From Gammaproteobacteria bacterium (GTDB lineage: Bacteria; Pseudomonadota; Gammaproteobacteria; JABXHR01): 51,829 nucleotides of DNA. Positions 50,135 to 51,829 of the stretch are shown piece after piece. The notes under the pieces were generated by a model, which was not told the origin of the DNA, searched no databases, and saw only the letters and a program-made list of their open reading frames with translations. How positions within the stretch are numbered: position 1 is the stretch's first letter; each line of letters begins with the position of its first letter. The DNA is taken from positions 1 to 51,829 of the forward strand of contig JABXHR010000006.1 in NCBI GenBank assembly GCA_013373515.1. Direction: 5' to 3'. Made by a program: the position numbers and the translations under genes.

Positions 50135-50934
50135 GAATTAAAAACGATATAACCGTTAATGCCGAGCAATGACATATCTACCGAATCAGGAATACTGAAA
50201 TAGAAGGTTCGCTGTTGGTTTTGCTTATCAGGCACTGCCGAGGCATGTGAAAAGGTGACCGGAATTTTCTGACCGCCTAACAACACCTCAAAGGTCCGAT
50301 CGCTGCTGGCCATGGCCCATTGGTTTTGTGGAACACCCACCTCAAAAAAGCGTGCCTTGTGGTCGATAATGCGTGCCAAAACTTCACCCGGCTTCACCCA
50401 CTGCCCTTTTTCGACCATCACCTCGGCCACAAAGCCTTCAATGGGAGATTTCACAGTCAGATCGTCTAGCCGCTGCTGCCACTGCGTCATCTCTAGTTTG
50501 GCTTTTTCGCGCTCTCGCACAGCACTAGCCATCTCTGTCTTCAGCTGCTGGGAGCGCATCAGCGCATTTTCGACATCAGACGCGGTGATTGATCCCATAC
50601 CGCCAGCGGCCTTGCGGTAGCGCTGGTATTGCTTGTCGGCAGAGCGCAATTGCGCGCCGAGCGCATCAATCACGGATGAATCATTCGCGTACAGCGCAGC
50701 ACTCTCCAATGCGGTTTGCGCAAGGCGCGGATCAAACTGCACCATCGGCTGGCCCACCGATACCAAGTCGCCCTCTTCGACCACCACATCAACCACTTGC
50801 CCGCCTTCGCGATGAATCAATTCAACGTCATATTGGCTTTCAATCGAGCCAATCAAGCGCACCTCAGCCGCAGACAATGGCAATGCCATCGCCAGAATTA
50901 AACCTCCACATAACGCCTTAAGCACGGCTGACAT
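50131..50934 (-). CDS. Periplasmic adaptor (RND-type MFP)
   Basis: Signal peptide, VEEGDLV..GQ, coiled coil, VKSPIEG.V, GQWVKPGE. Confidence 0.88.
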   Translation of the reverse strand: MSAVLKALCGGLILAMALPLSAAEVRLIGSIESQYDVELIHREGGQVVDVVVEEGDLVSVGQPMVQFDPRLAQTALESAALYANDSSVIDALGAQLRSADKQYQRYRKAAGGMGSITASDVENALMRSQQLKTEMASAVREREKAKLEMTQWQQRLDDLTVKSPIEGFVAEVMVEKGQWVKPGEVLARIIDHKARFFEVGVPQNQWAMASSDRTFEVLLGGQKIPVTFSHASAVPDKQNQQRTFYFSIPDSVDMSLLGINGYIVFNS

Positions 50935-51829
50935 ACCCCCTATAGATTGAAATTAAATCCGCCGAATCACGGTAGATCTCGATTAAGCGCTTTTCGATTT
51001 CAATGGCGTCGAGCTGGAACTGCAAAAGCTGCGACATACTGACATTGCCCAACCGTTGTGCCTGCTCAAGTTGCGCCAACAGCGTCTGGTTTTCGCCACG
51101 AATGGTCATTGCCAAATCAATGCGCTCGATCAATGACGCCGCCAATGATTGAAATGATTCGATGTTTTTATGGAATATCGTCTCAGTGCGCTCGAGATTC
51201 TGCGTTTCGGTCAAGAGCTGGTTGCTAAGTGACGCCAACTTCTGCCGACGCTGACGATCGAAACCAATCGTCGACTCAAACTCCAGCCCCACATACCAAT
51301 CGGCATAGGTTTTATCCTCTGCGGCTTTTTGGATATCTTCGCGACGATAGGCAATGGAGCCCTGACTAATCGTGCCCACCAGATCCAAGCGAGGGCCCGT
51401 GGATTTGCGGTAACTTTCAAGCTTTGAAGCCGCCGAACGATAGCGAGCCAAGCCTTCCACGTACATGGCCCAATCTTGCAAATCTCGTCCATTGAGCTCA
51501 GTCGACAAGACTTGCAAAGCGGCCTTAGGCGATTGGAACACCAAATCTTGGCTATTGACGTCCAGCTGCAGCTCGCGATTGATATCTAACACCGCGGTTT
51601 GCAATAAATGATTGAGTTCCAATAGATCCGACTGATTGCTCATCCGGCGTAACTGGAGCAACTTGAGTTGCATCGGGTTGACCAACCCCGCATCCAAGTT
51701 CTGCTCCATGCCCACAACCAATTGCGAAATGATCGATTGCTCGCGCTGCAGTATTTGCGACTCTTGCTCACCGATCACAATGCGCCAATACAAATCACTG
51801 GCAAAAGACGCCGCCTCAGCGCGCCGCGA
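50918..51829 (-). CDS. TolC-family outer membrane protein (5' end outside the window)
   Basis: Frame stays open to the window edge; helical repeats, PRLDLVG and WYVGLEF beta-strands, G.VS...LL motif; adjacent to MFP genes. Confidence 0.75.
   Translation of the reverse strand, partial: SRRAEAASFASDLYWRIVIGEQESQILQREQSIISQLVVGMEQNLDAGLVNPMQLKLLQLRRMSNQSDLLELNHLLQTAVLDINRELQLDVNSQDLVFQSPKAALQVLSTELNGRDLQDWAMYVEGLARYRSAASKLESYRKSTGPRLDLVGTISQGSIAYRREDIQKAAEDKTYADWYVGLEFESTIGFDRQRRQKLASLSNQLLTETQNLERTETIFHKNIESFQSLAASLIERIDLAMTIRGENQTLLAQLEQAQRLGNVSMSQLLQFQLDAIEIEKRLIEIYRDSADLISIYRGYVSRA

Noticed and set aside
519-51492. Many 60-200 aa antisense or out-of-frame ORFs in the track
   Set aside because: They overlap well-supported genes and show no motifs; expected shadow ORFs
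1-51829. Transposases, integrases, prophage genes, tRNA or rRNA
   Set aside because: None recognised by eye; a tRNAscan or IS search was not possible

Overview
A gene-dense chromosomal window from a gammaproteobacterium; a marine or aquatic origin is a weak inference from gene content. Left to right: a truncated SRP RNA (ffs, minus strand); phoBR-pstSCAB-phoU with two clear Pho boxes; housekeeping genes (csaA, pncB, moeA, gshA, rarD, panCB, sbcB, bpt, rep); a GNAT pseudogene; a class III cyclase; a membrane GGDEF-EAL protein; a 7-gene catabolic cluster for a probable N-methylated amino acid or betaine; an orphan type IV pilin preceded by a structured ~116-bp tandem repeat with GGA-loop hairpins; and nspC-speB-ADH. 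The right-hand 11 kb is the most unusual part and lies entirely on the minus strand. It runs TolC (partial), two membrane-fusion proteins, an M50 peptidase/MFP fusion with an RRE-like N-terminus and a truncated SecA-like ATPase, with no ABC or RND pump visible. It continues with a Tat-lipoprotein tyrosinase, a small secreted protein and an S41 protease lipoprotein split by a 1-nt frameshift. This looks like a SecA-powered type I-like secretion system linked to a surface oxidation and proteolysis module. All calls come from motif recognition by eye; no searches were run.
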